Shown here: in pieces, positions 24,530 to 36,924 of the stretch | Layout: each line of letters begins with the position of its first letter | Position numbering within the stretch: position 1 is the first letter of the stretch | From: Vicugna vicugna | Lineage: Eukaryota | Length of the DNA stretch: 64,000 nt | NCBI GenBank assembly: GCA_013265495.1 | Contig: MU058213.1 | Span: 2,666,001-2,730,000, forward strand | Direction: 5' to 3' | The notes under the pieces: model-generated | The model's database searches: none | What the model was told of the DNA's origin: nothing | Seen by the model: only the letters and a program-made list of their open reading frames with translations | Program-made: the position numbers and the translations under genes

Positions 24530-26070
24530 GTTCCCTTCCATTCGCTCAGTATCTGTTCAGTGCCTACCATGTTATCAGGCAATATTGCAGGCATTGGGTG
24601 TAAGTAATAGGAGGGCCTTCCTCTCATGGAAGTTACTCGCTAGAGATGAGTTACACATGATAAACAAAATCACAAGGAGATAAAAGTGTTTCAGGTGGTA
24701 GTATCAGGGCATTAAAATGGGGTGACGCAGCACAGTGCCTGGTTGGCGGCTTAGGCTGGGTGTTCAGGGAAGCCTCTCTGAGCATGTGACTTTGGAACAG
24801 AAATCTGAGAAAATAAAGAACGAGTCACGCAGAAAAGTGCGTTGAGAGCATTTCAGGCCACACTAGCGCAAGGACTCCAAGGCAGGGGCGTACCTGGCCT
24901 GTTTAAGAAACAGTACACAAAGGGCAAGGGAATAAGATACAGTGAGCTTGAAGAGGCGGTCAGGCACTACGGCACACAGGGCTCTGCCGTCAGCGGTAGA
25001 GGAGACGGGGTTACACACTAAGGTCAGTGGGAGGCCTTGAAGGATTTCCAGAGAAGGGGATGGACAACCAGATGTACATCATCAATGATTATTCTGTTCA
25101 CTGTGTAGAGCAATAACTATAGGGAAGCAAGACCAAACACGTACAGATAAGTTAGAAGACTACTGCAATAGTCCAGACAAGAGGTAACAGTGACTGAAAG
25201 ATGCTCTCAGAGAGGAAGGAAGGAATCAAGAGACAGAGTGGAAGCATTCTGGGTAGGCACTGGAAGATGGTTCTATAGAACTTGCCGTGGACTGGAGGTA
25301 GAATGCAATAGAAACCAGATGTAAATCCGGCTCCCGAGAACATTCAATTTAGATTAATTCAAGACAGATACATTCACAGAAGAGTTTATAGAGATGTGAG
25401 AACAGAGTGACTACAAGCAACAGGGATGTAACCTGGGGCCCATCGTAGCCAGGCTACCACCCCTACTGCACCCAAAGGAGAGGAAGGACTGTTACTAAAA
25501 TTGGGACGGTAAAAACTTCCTGTGTCGTCCTCCACCTTAAAAGGAGAGTGGCCTTCCCTGGGGAGAAACAGCCTACTTGAGGGAGACTCACACAAAGGCA
25601 GCCAGGGAAATGAACTCTGACCCCGCTCTCATCATTAATTCTGCTCTCCTGTTGAGGCTCCTTTTGGCCAAAACCAACTGGAAGCCAAAGCACAGAGAGA
25701 CTTGATGGGTGTAGTGCTTACAGGTCAGTGTTCTGCTGCCAGTGCAAGGAGAAGGATGGCGAGTAGCCACAGCCGGGGCAAATGGAAGTTATCTGGCACC
25801 GAACAAGGTCAAGGCTGACCCCTAGTCTTTGGCATAAGCAGTTGGGTAGATATTGATTTACTGAAATGGGGGAATAGAGACAGGAGATGAGGAGACCAAA
25901 GATTTTAAGTCTGTTAATCTGGAGATGCATACTGAGCATTCAAGAGGAGATACCAAATACATAGTTAGATATAACTTGAGAATTATCTAACATCTCGAAG
26001 TAATTAATTCTGTAGGTCCAGATGAGCTGACCTAGGGATAGACAAGAGAGGGGGCAGCACCAAGCCCTAG
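24530..26070 (-). mobile_element. L2 LINE in the last UNC13C intron, split by an LTR
   Basis: L2 3' end in reverse (cattcgctcagtatctgttcagtgcctaccatg) and body motifs (tcagggaagcctctctgag; gactactgcaatagtccagacaagagg). Resumes after about 25850. Confidence 0.75.
25345..25800 (-). mobile_element. ERVL LTR, LTR33/LTR41-like, inserted in the L2
   Basis: ttggccaaaaccaactggaagccaaag...ggtcagtgttctg...ggggcaaatggaagttatctggcac matches the recalled reverse complement of the LTR 5' end. Confidence 0.7.
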
Positions 26071-26212
26071 CAGCTGACACCCACACACACACCCCCCCCA
26101 CCCCATCCCTTACTGGCTTGGTTATTTGTTTACTTTGCATTCTTGATTTCCCAGAGACCTTTCAGCACTCTGTGCTCTGAATATTTAACTCTCTTACCAC
26201 TCATTAAAACTT

Positions 26213-26412
26213 TTTTTTAACTGACATATACTCAGTTATAATGTGTCAATTTCTGGTGTACAGAATCATGTCCCAGTCATGCGTATACATACATACACTT
26301 GTTTTCATATTCTTTTTCACTGTAAGTTTCTACAAGATATTGAATATAGTTCCCTGTGCTATACAGAAGAAATCTGTTTGCATCTATTTTAATACATAGT
26401 AGTTAATATTTG
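26213..26412 (-). mobile_element. Short L1 3' end with 16-bp TSD
   Basis: Contains tacaagatattgaatatagttccctgtgctatacag. TSD ccactcattaaaactt (26197-26212) / ccattcattaaaactt (26413-26428). Confidence 0.88.
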
Positions 26413-27670
26413 CCATTCATTAAAACTTAACTATCCTACCACATCTGTTACAAGGATTCCAATAGATTAATCCCAACAAATTATGCCTGCTAATAAGCCA
26501 GCTCACAAGATTCCACTGATCTACACCTCCAAATTACACAAAAATATTGATGCAATTAAAAAGCCTTCCAAAAGGTTCTAGGAACCCTTGAGTAATGCAA
26601 AATTCAGACATAACCCTGACCTACCAAGACCACGATTCTGGGAAAAGGCAGCATTTTGATGCATTTTAATTCACAGGAAGACCCAGATCCTATCATATGT
26701 TGCCATTATTCTACTCTTACCCACAAGGTTTCCATTTTCTTTTACATCATTTCAGATTATCTCTAAAATAAGTGCACAGTTTAGTTATCAGTATCACCTG
26801 GAAACAAAAGCTTGACTCTGCAAAATGTTTGATCTGAAAAAGTCACTTAGAAAAGAAGGAATTTGGAAGCTGGTACTGCTGAGGACGAGCTGCGCATTCA
26901 TTAGAAAGTCAAGGCTGTCTGAGGGTGAATTAAAATAAGGAGCAGGGGAGGATTATCCTCAGCATCTCACCACTCAGCCTTCTTCATTGTGTTCAGTTCT
27001 GCACTGACAGGTTGTCTTGGGTTGTTACTAGGAGAGGCCATCCTCACTTCCAGTCGTGACAGGACTAACCGTTGCCACTGGAAAACACTGGCACTGAATT
27101 TACTTGGGCTGGAACTGACTTACTTGGGAGATGTGTATCCAATTTAGCATCTTGTGAATACTGCTTGATGGTCTGTGCAGTGTATTCCCCTGAGAAAAGG
27201 CTCCTAGCCCTGACAGCACATCCAGGAGTCTGAGGTAAAGAAAGGAGGCTGTAATAATGGATGTTGAAATGGAACAGAAATTCTTCCAAAAGCTACCCCT
27301 CCCCCGGCCCCTAGCAACCCCTCCTACCCTGCACCACCGAGGAGACCTTGCCTCCAATGATTAATTACAAAATAATATTTCAATTCCAGGTTCTAGCAAT
27401 ATGCTTAACATCAGAGCAGTAAAACACTTAGTTTGAGTTCCTGTTTCCATCTAGGGAAGGAAGGCATTTGAAAGTTAGATTGCCAAGTACCATCTACGAA
27501 AAGACAGTCTAAGTAAAATGTAAAGGATATTTGCATCAGAGTTGAAATGCAATGAAGCTCTATTTGCCAGCGTAATATTCTGAGCAACGTGTAAAATTTT
27601 CAACAGTATATTAGGCCCATATTGACACCTATCTGAAAACGCTCAAAATTCCTATTTTTAATCCACACAG

Positions 27671-27956
27671 CATCCTTAGTAAAGAAAACCGCCCAGGGGC
27701 CTACGAACTTCATCTTTCAGTTAAGGATTACTGCTTCGCCAGAGAAGATCGAATTATCGGAATGACAGTAATTCAGCTACAGCACATAGCAGAAAAGGGA
27801 AGCCATGGAGCATGGTATCCCCTCTTGAAAAACGTCTCTATGGATGCAACTGGTTTGACTATCCTCAGAATCCTCTCTCAGAGGACCAGCGACGATGTAG
27901 CTAAAGAATTTGTAAGACTTAAATCTGAAACAAGATCTGCTGAAGAGAATGCTTGA
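27671..27956 (+). CDS. UNC13C: UNC13C last coding exon: [43 protein letters not shown]...[31 protein letters not shown]
   Basis: Acceptor cacacag| ends at 27670. The first C completes the TTC (Phe) codon from the previous exon; TGA at 27954-27956. Munc13 motifs [11 protein letters not shown] and ILRILSQR; the tail [17 protein letters not shown] matches my recollection of the UNC13C paralogue. Confidence 0.96.
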
Positions 27957-29505
27957 AATAAACACAAGATAGCATCTTTTGGAATTCATAAATTGTAACT
28001 GTCTGACTACTGCATGCATGTGCAAATCCACAGGAATGTTTATTTCACTACGTTTCAGTGTTTGCCAGTACTCGAGTACAATGCCTACAAGGTGTGTGGA
28101 AATCCTGCAGAACTTTTATACCACTTCTGGTGTTTGGGAAATAAATGTTCCATGAAGTGCCAAAATTATGATGTAAAGTCAGACATCCAGAGTATCTTTT
28201 ACAATGTTTATTTCATTACCAATTTCTCATCGTTAAACATACTAAAAAAAAGTTAGTCTTTTGAGTTTGTCCATGAGTTGTCCTCGTTACACTGGTTTAT
28301 ACAGCCAGTAGCTATGAAAGCATTTCTTACTGAAATTCTGTTTTCGTTAGACTTACCTCATTGTAGATGTCCTACAAACACCCTTTTCTATCATGACTAG
28401 AAACGCAGTTACTTCTAGAAAGCATTTGTAATTTTATAGTTGCAGATATATTGTGATGATTTTTGCATACGGATTCAAATAGAAAAGGTGGGAAATATTT
28501 TATGCCGACCAGTTTCCAGCCTTTCTGAAATATCACTGTGAAGAAATGCTGTTAAAGCAAACTTATACAAAACAATGCTGAATAGTTTGTTAACAATGTT
28601 TGATATATCCACAGAACTTTGTTCTTTAAAACTGCCAAGGTCACATCACATTTGTAAAAAAAAAAAAAAAAAAGTAAGTTGAAGCATTTGCCATCTAGCA
28701 TTACATCTTGGCTTTACCAGATTTCATCCTTTAGAAAGTCAGAGGATTAAAGGTTTAGAAGTACGATGGAAGGTTTGTTTCTTAAAATTACCTATGATAA
28801 TTAACTATACTCTTAGTGTTTTCCTTCTGACAGTTATGACTAAGTCCTTATTTACTTAATGCTATAATCTGTTAAATGCTCTCTTTTGTTTTTAAAAAAT
28901 GTTCAACAATTTGTACTGAATGCAGCATTACTACATATTGCACTGAAGCAAAAAGTCACGTCTTCATCTGTTTAGTGAAAAATGTAAAATAAAGCCTGAA
29001 GAAATTGCTTACAATTTTGTAATTTATGTTACTTCTAAGCCCAAGATGCATTAGATGCAATAGGAAAACAACTTACTAAAGCTTGGTAGATAAAAATAGA
29101 ACTAGGTTGGATTTTGAATACAAAGTCGTTTATGAATATTTGCATTTTATTTTTATTGTTTGATTTTTTAGAGTCTGTACCTACATACTTGGCTGTAGAA
29201 CAGTACTTTGTAATTGTAACCTATGGTCATAACTGTTAGTGGACAACATACACTTGCAGAAACAAGAACCTGTTACAATGACACAGTTTTGTGAACAAGC
29301 TGGTCTGATAAGTTAAGAAAGAAATGAAAAGTATCATGACTCTCTGAACCATTCTGTTACTGGGTGTGAAAACAAAGACAGTAAGATACACTAATTCATG
29401 TTAAATTGATAGGCAATCGCTTTGTTAACAACTTTTCCAAACGCATAGTACAACGCAATCCTCTGGCATTCGCATTAATAAATGGATGTATATGAGCACA
29501 TGCAC
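27957..29505 (+). other. UNC13C: UNC13C 3'UTR (3' end approximate)
   Basis: AT-rich sequence with no recognisable interspersed repeat after the stop codon. AATAAA at 29477-29482 is followed by a T-rich downstream tract. Confidence 0.65.
29477..29482 (+). terminator. Probable main polyadenylation signal (AATAAA) of UNC13C
   Basis: Canonical hexamer, CA dinucleotides about 15-20 nt downstream, then ttctttattgtatcttctgccttttt. Other AATAAA copies at 27957, 28140, 28988 and 29563. Confidence 0.55.
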
Positions 29506-30004
29506 TTCTTTATTGTATCTTCTGCCTTTTTATTTCATGTATGCAATATCATTTTATTTGGGAATAAAAAATCCAGACTCTTTTTTTATTGGATACAACA
29601 CTCTTCACATTGTTTGGTTCTAACATCTCATTAGAATTTGGGGGTGGGGGGAACATTTTCCAGGAGTTATATTCATGGGAAAAGCTATATATATATATAT
29701 GATAATGAGCCCAGAAATAATGTCTTTGAACACTGTTACATCATGAAGAAAATTCAGCATATAGGCAAGCAAGACTGTTAAATAAAACCTTAAATTACAG
29801 AATGTTTCATCATTTTGTTGAAGGATTCATTCAAGATTTATCTTAAAACAATTTTGTAGAACATTAACTTGAGCTCTTTAGGAGCACGTTAACATCCTAA
29901 AGCATGATCCACTGGAATAAATGGCAGGTTTGGGTTTGCATTAATCACTTAAAAATTATGAGCTAAGTATTTTTTCCAGTATTTGTTTAATTGGATCTAT
30001 TCAT

Positions 30005-30025
30005 TGTGTGTGTGTGTGTGTGTGT
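30005..30025. repeat. (TG)10 microsatellite
   Basis: Seen directly in the sequence. Confidence 0.95.
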
Positions 30026-30350
30026 CTATAATACACATGAAACACTAGTGATGACAGTGTGATTTGAGCGTATTTGTTAACATCATGAAGTACAGTTTCT
30101 AATTTTGATATAGTTATAAATTCCGTAGTCTTTGTTGTTTCTCCCAAGATACAAGCATTTGTTATCTCCAAAGCCTGTTGTGATTACACACCCATATTAG
30201 TAATCACTCTGAGGTTCACAGCCATCTCTGTCAACTAACTATAGGCTTCACTAAAGTGTGTAACAATTTATTTATCATATTCTAGATAAAATGCACAAAG
30301 ACAAAGCTGTTATTTATCTACAGATGAAACTCATATTAGAAGTTCCCAAG

Positions 30351-30487
30351 TATAACTGAAAAATTGTGCTCTACACTGAAATTTGACACAATATTGTAAA
30401 ATGACTATTATTCAATTAAAAAAAATGTTTAAAAAAAAAAAAGAAGCCTCAAATACAGCATTCATTCCAGCCAAAAAAAAAAAAAAA
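30351..30487 (+). mobile_element. Extremely truncated L1 3' end with two poly(A) tracts
   Basis: 30351-30420 is nearly identical to 22259-22328. A-tracts at 30431-30442 and 30473-30487; flanked by ttcccaag at 30343-30350 and 30490-30497. Confidence 0.85.
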
Positions 30488-31364
30488 ATTTCCCAAGGAA
30501 ACATGTGAAAATCAAATTTGGCTAAAATGAAGGTGTTTAAAACCATAGTGGAACATTTACTGTTTAAAGGAAATCTGATGAATTATTATTTAAGGTAAGT
30601 AATCAAATGTCCTCATCACAACCTGCTTCAATTTATCTATTTCTAGTATAACTTATATACTGAATTTCTCTTAAATGAGGCACATTTATAAATGATAATG
30701 CTAGCTTTATGTTTTTCATTTGGTCTTTTTAAAAAAAATGTTTGAAGTGAGGTTTATTTTCTTCTTTAAATTTCTCTGATTTATATAAAGATATGACTAT
30801 ACTTGCACTTTTATGGACTAATGTAGCTTCAATCTTTATACTTAAATAACAATTATATTTATGCAGGACTCAGAAAATACCCCTGGATGGATGCCTGTTT
30901 CCCCTGTTAGCACTTGGCAGAATTTTGGGACATGCAAGGGAGAGCTTGCCTTCCCTGGCACTACCTGTGTTTACACTCACTCCAGTCCTTTGTTTGAAAC
31001 AGCTGGCTCCTTGCTCCCTGAGTCCCAGCCCTCCACAGATTGGTGATCTCTCCGGCTCAGGCATCTGGTATTTGTTTTCAATATCAAAAACGAGGACACG
31101 TGACTTGATGGAGGATAAGTTCCAATTTGTGAATGTCCTAGCATACATATTTTAAGGTGCACTTTTGTTTTTACATTATGAAAACTTTGAAATCAGGATA
31201 CATTTTATACAATCATTGGTATGCTATAGTTTCATAGCTGTTTCTCTCTTCAAGGTTTATATAATCTTTCATCCTGCAACAAATGACTTCTTAGAAATAG
31301 TAAATGTATTTCAAAGATTTATGAATGGAGGAAAAGGAAGTAATGGTTAGCTATCCAGTTAACA

Positions 31365-33530
31365 AATACCTATTTTAAATTGTATATAATAAAATAAACT
31401 CTCTTGGTATACATTTCTGTGTTTTGACAAATTCATAGATTAATGTTTCAAGTACAAAAAGCCAGATACAGGACAGCTCCGTCCTTCCCCCAGATTCCAT
31501 CATGCTACTACTTCTGACCTTCAGCTCCTGGCAGCACTGACCCATTTTCAGTCCCCCTGGCTTTACGTTTTCTAGAATGTCATATAAACGGAATCCTGGC
31601 AGTAGGTATCCCTGAGTCTAGCTTCTTTCACTAGGCATTATTCATCCAATGACATTCACGACAGTATCACTTTTTGACTTCTCACTGCTGAGTAGTCTCC
31701 CCCTTGTATGGGCGTGCGAAAGAGTAGACGTTCATCGACCAGTTCAGAGACATCTGGGTTGTTTTCAGTTTTTGTAAGATTATGAACGAAGCTGTCACAA
31801 ACATTCATGCACAGGACTGTGTGTGAATATAAGCGCCTATTTCTCTGGAGTAAATATCTGCTAGTGGGATTTCTCGATCATATTATATGTCTAACTTTAT
31901 TTTAAAAACTGTCAAAATTTTACCAAAATGATTGTATCATTTTACATTCCCAGCAGGAAGGGGTGAGAATTCCAGAACAGTCTTGAATAGGAGTGATAAG
32001 CTTGATTTGTTCTCAATCTTAGGGAAAAACCATTGAGTTTCTTCTCCCCATTAAATATGTTACAGGTTTTCTTTGTGCCTTTTATCAGCTTAAGGAAGTC
32101 TCCTTCTCCTCCTACTTTGCTTGAGCTTTTAATCAAGAATGGCTTGAATTTTGTCTGATGCTTTTTCTGCATCAATTCAATCATGTAATTTTTCTTCTGT
32201 AGTCTGTTAATACGGTGAATTACATTGATTGATTTTTTGATTGTTGAAGCAGCTTTGCATTTCTGGGATGCACACCAGTTGGTCATGGTGTATTATCTTT
32301 CTGCATATTGCTGAATTCAATTTTGTAATATTCTGTTGAATATCTATACGTGTATATTATATTCGTGATTTCTACTGATCTATAGTTACCTTTTCTTGTA
32401 ATGTTTGTGTCTTCATTTATCAGGGTACTTATGGCCTCTTAAAGACCTGGGAACTGTTCCCTCCCTTTCTATTTATTTATTTTATCTTTTAAGAAGACTC
32501 AGCTTTGATTTCATTGATTTTCTCTATTTTTCTGCTTTGAATTTCAATGTCTTTTGTTCTTATCTCTATTAATTTCTTCCATTGGTTTGATAAAGGTTTA
32601 ATTTTCCAGTTTATTAAAGTGGACCTTCAATTATTGATTTCATACCTTTGATCTTTTAAAATATAAGCATTTAATGCTGCAAATTTTCTTCTAAACACAG
32701 CTTTAGCTTCATTCCACAAATTTTGATATGTTGTATTTTGTCTTTTTCCAGTTAAAAATATTTTCCAGTTTCCACTGTGACTTCTTTGACCTCTAAGTGA
32801 CAAATTATTTATCTTGTTAAGTTTCCAAATATTGGGGGAATTTTCCAAATATTTTCTGTTACTTATTTCTAGTCTGATTCCAGTATAGATAATATACTTT
32901 GGATGATATCTTCTTTTAAATTTGATTAAGTTTTATGAGTCAAGATATGCATGGTAAATGTTTTATATTTACCAGAAAAGAATGGATTTTGCTGTTATGA
33001 TTTTGTCATTATTAAGTTAGAAGTTATAATTTTAAGGCACTTAGGAAGAAATCTAACAATCAAGTTAGTGTTCTTCAGATTGTCAGTGTTTTGCTGATTT
33101 TCTAGTTTTTTGTTTTACCAATTACTAAGAGAAGAGTGTTGAAATCTCCAAATATAATTATGAATCTTTCTATTTATCTTTTCATTTCTGTCTGTTTGCT
33201 TTGTTTATTTTGAAGCTCTGCTGTTAGCCAAGTACACATCTAGGATTATGACGTCTTCTCAGTGAATGAGCTCTGTTATGTAATGTCTCTCTTTCATCCT
33301 GGTAATTTTCCTTGTTCTGAAGTCCCCAACAACTGACAGAAGTACAGCTTTCTTTTAATTAGGGTTTGAGTGCTGTAGCTTTTTCCATTTTTTTCTTTTA
33401 AACTATCTGTATCACTATATTTACAGTGTGATGATTGTAGACAGCATCTACATGGCATACAGGGTTTTGTATTTTTTTAAATCCAATTTGACAATCTCTA
33501 TTTGGTTGGTGCACTTAGACCATTTTACAA
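31365..33530 (-). mobile_element. Old L1M with internal deletions (3'UTR, RT and endonuclease fragments)
   Basis: ORFs 31942..32286 (KSINVIHRINRLQKKNYMI) and 32627..32848 (NTTYQNLWNEAKAVFRRKFAALNAYI) are decayed L1 ORF2. Confidence 0.9.
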
Positions 33531-34279
33531 AGCTAATTTTTCAGATTTTTTTTTATATTGCCAAAATCCTGATCTGAGATAGCTGAAATCAAAAGACTCT
33601 TAAAGGTCTTTTAGACCCTTAGAAAGTCATTTAGGCTACAAGTATGAAAGATTTTAAGCATCTACAGTGGTATTTACTGAAAAAGATGTGGTAGAATCAT
33701 AACATTTAAGAGTTGAAAGTAATTATGCAGATCATTTAATCAAAATTCTTCACTTAAGAGAAGGAACTGAGACCCAGAAGTATGTAAGGACTAGCCTAAT
33801 ATTAGCTCACTAATAGCATAACAGGAAACTGGAATCTAGATGAACTAATTTTTCTAAAGCTGTCTTCTCTGCCCTACTCCATCCAGTACATTGTCTGGGG
33901 CACTTCCATTTATGCTAAAATCAGTCCTTTAGGACTGCTTCCAGAAAGCAAAGGAATAAATATAGGCTAAATTATAATTTTATCCCCAAAGTGGTATCTA
34001 AATTAGTTAATTCTTATATATTTTAGCAATGATATTAGATGGCTGACTATTCTTTCTTCAAAGTGTAGCATTATAGAAAAGGGAGGTTAAAAACATTAAC
34101 TCATGCTAATCATCCATTTTGTTCATATACTTAAATGAATTGATTTAATTTTAATGAATCATATCTTGTGAAATATGTTTTTAATCTCAAGTTTATATAT
34201 GAGGAAACTGAACCTTGGAGAGTTTGAATGACTTGGCCAGATTCATACACGTTCTTGTCTATGTTCATATAAAGATGTA

Positions 34280-35350
34280 TGGACAGGCTCATAACCAGTT
34301 AGAAAATATATTAGGAAAAATGGGAAAAATATATTCCATTCATAACAGCATCACAAATTTTAAGCCACCTAGGAAGACATCTAACAAACAACGCCTAAAG
34401 ACTTGTATAAGGAAATTCTAAAACTCCATTAAAGGGCATAGAAGATGACACAAACAAAAGAAAACCTTGGTCTCTTTATCAATGACAAAGTTCAGTATTA
34501 TAAAGACAGTACTTTCTTCCAAATTAATCTGCAAGTTTCATCACATTTCAATTAAAATCTCACAATTTTTTTATAATAGATTATAAGCTAATTTTAAAAA
34601 TTCACATGGGAGTGAAGCATAGTCAAGGCAATTCTGAAGAATGATCTAGCATTTCCCTGGCTATATACGTCTAACAGATTTCAAGATTTGCCATCATCCT
34701 GTAGCAAATAGTGAAGATTTCACATAGATGTAGATAAGCAGACAATGAGAGAGAAAAGATTTCTCTAGAAATAGATCCATGAATACGTGAGAATCTGATA
34801 TCATGTTGGGTAGGGTAGACTTTCAATAATGTATATGTTAATATACATTGAATAAATGTGTATATTCCATATCTATATAGAAATTGATAAAACTAGATCT
34901 CAGTGCACAACAAAATTAAAATGAAATCCAGATGAATTGCACACTAATAGTTAAAAATCAAGCAGTAATAGTTTAGAAGAAAAAAGTATGTTCACAATAC
35001 AGGAATTAGGAACAATTTCTTAAACAGGAATTTTAAATCATAAAAGAAAAAAGAAAAGATAAATTTGAACATACTAAAATTTAAAACTTTTCTATGACAA
35101 AAGGAACAAAGATGAATAGCCAAGCAAAAAATATTTTAACACAGTTAATTAATAATGAACTCAATTACATTGTGGCACAAACTTTTAAAAATCACACAAA
35201 AATGGAGGAAATTATCAATTAGCAATCCATGAAAGAGAAATACCAATGACAATAAATACACTTAGAGATGCTTACTTTCAATAGGAACAACAGAAATGCA
35301 AAATATCTCTCATTCAAATGGCAAAAACGATAAAAAGTTGATTCAAGGAT
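34280..35350 (+). mobile_element. Old L1ME ORF2 C-terminal fragment
   Basis: Motifs tcttccaaattaatctgcaagtttca, tctctagaaatagatccatg and gataaatttgaacatactaaaatttaaaacttt. Confidence 0.7.
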
Positions 35351-35463
35351 CAACATTTTTTTGGCTGAATATAAGTATCTATACTTATGTGTGATATAGG
35401 AATAGACATGCTAATATTAGTTTACATATGAGTAATATTTTACACTTTACAAAGTACTTTTAA

Positions 35464-35911
35464 AAAATATTTTATTGAACTGTAGTTGATTTACTCCCTC
35501 ACACCATGCATAAAAATAAACTCAAAATGGCTTGAAGAGTTAAAATGTAAGACAAGATAAATCTCCAAATGAAAACATAGGCAAAACATTCTCTGACAAA
35601 TCTTCGCAATGTTCTACGGCAGTCTACCCAGACAATAGAAATAAGAGCAAAAATAAACAAATGAGACCTAATTAAACCTGTAAGCTTTTGCACAGCAAAG
35701 GAAACTGTAAGCAAAACAAAACCACCACCTATGGAATGGGAGAAAATATTTGCAAATGAAGCGACCGGCAAAGGTTTAATTTCCAGAATATATAAACAGC
35801 TCATACAACTTAATAACAGTAACAACAAAAAATAATCCAAAAATGGGCAGAAGATCTAAACAAGTAATTCTCCAATGGAGCCATACAAATGGCCAATAGG
35901 CACATGAAAAC
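35464..35911. mobile_element. L1 insertion with inverted 5' part (~30 nt minus-strand 3' end joined to ~415 nt plus-strand ORF2)
   Basis: tttattgaactgtagttgatttac is the reverse complement of an L1 3' terminus (compare gtaaatcaactatacttacaatt at 38823). It abuts the ORF2 segment ctcacaccatgcataaaaataaactcaaaatgg...gcacatgaaaa. Near-TSD agtacttttaa / agtatttttaa. Confidence 0.75.
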
Positions 35912-36079
35912 AGTATTTTTAATGATCCCTCGTCAGTGGGGACATTAAGATCCAAGAAGACACTGCATCTGTGAACGGTAAGAGCAAAAGCCCAAATAAA
36001 ATATGCTTTACATGCAATGAATAGCACTCATAAAAATGAAGAGAGAAAAGAGAAATAAATAATGAGAGAAAATATTACA

Positions 36080-36160
36080 TATGGAGCAGATAATCCTCTG
36101 CTTTGGGGAGCAGTCTTGTGTACTTCAGTATGTTTGGCGGCATCACTGGCTTCTACCCTG
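36080..36160. mobile_element. MER20-like hAT fragment
   Basis: cagataatcctctgctttgggg...gtatgtttggcggcatcactggcttctaccc resembles the recalled MER20 consensus. Confidence 0.6.
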
Positions 36161-36924
36161 GGTCAAGATAATCAAAGTAAACCTTAGAAATTGGCAAGAG
36201 CCACCCAGCACTGTGCACGCACTCTTACACCAGATGTCAACAGGCTGGCTGCGTGATGATGTGCTCCTCCGCCCCCTCCCTTCTAAACTCCCAGGGCTGA
36301 AAAATTACAACCTAAGGAGACAGTGACCCTCCAGCGTCACTTCTTTCTGAGAGTTGAGAGAACAGCCTCTGACAACTAAGTGTCTTCTGGAGGCGCAGCA
36401 CCAAATAGGAGTTGGTAACAGTGGGGGCCCAGGACTCCGTCTTAGGGGTCATTGCTCTCTTCTTCAACACACTGGGGGGCACTGACTTATTTTGTTGAAG
36501 TGTATCTTCTACAATAATTTGCAAGAGAGCTATTCCATTTAAAATTCTACTAATGATTTACTGTTTTTTCACAAATAGTCATTTATAGTGATTATTGTTA
36601 TATATGCACATAAGTTTTATCTCACACTTACTATGCAAAAAATTTAACACCCTTATTTCTTGGGGACTTGGGGTTGTTTTATTTTGATTTGTTTTTCAGT
36701 TTCCTGGTCTTTCTCAGGTTTCAATTTTTTTTTTCTGGAGGAAGGAATTCTGATATTTAAAATATGAAAACTTTCAAAGTCAAGATATTTTTATTTTATA
36801 ACTGCTACTGTAATCATATTTTAATCAATTACTTATATTTACCTTAGCAATATTTCTCCTATGAGTGGTTTAGTTCTTTTATTCAGTTGTCCTTTGTGCT
36901 CTGTTGGCCTCAGTGCTTAATAAC

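Noticed and set aside
28670..28680. Donor-like aag|gtaagt in the 3'UTR
   Set aside because: No supported downstream exon; likely a chance match beside the A run.
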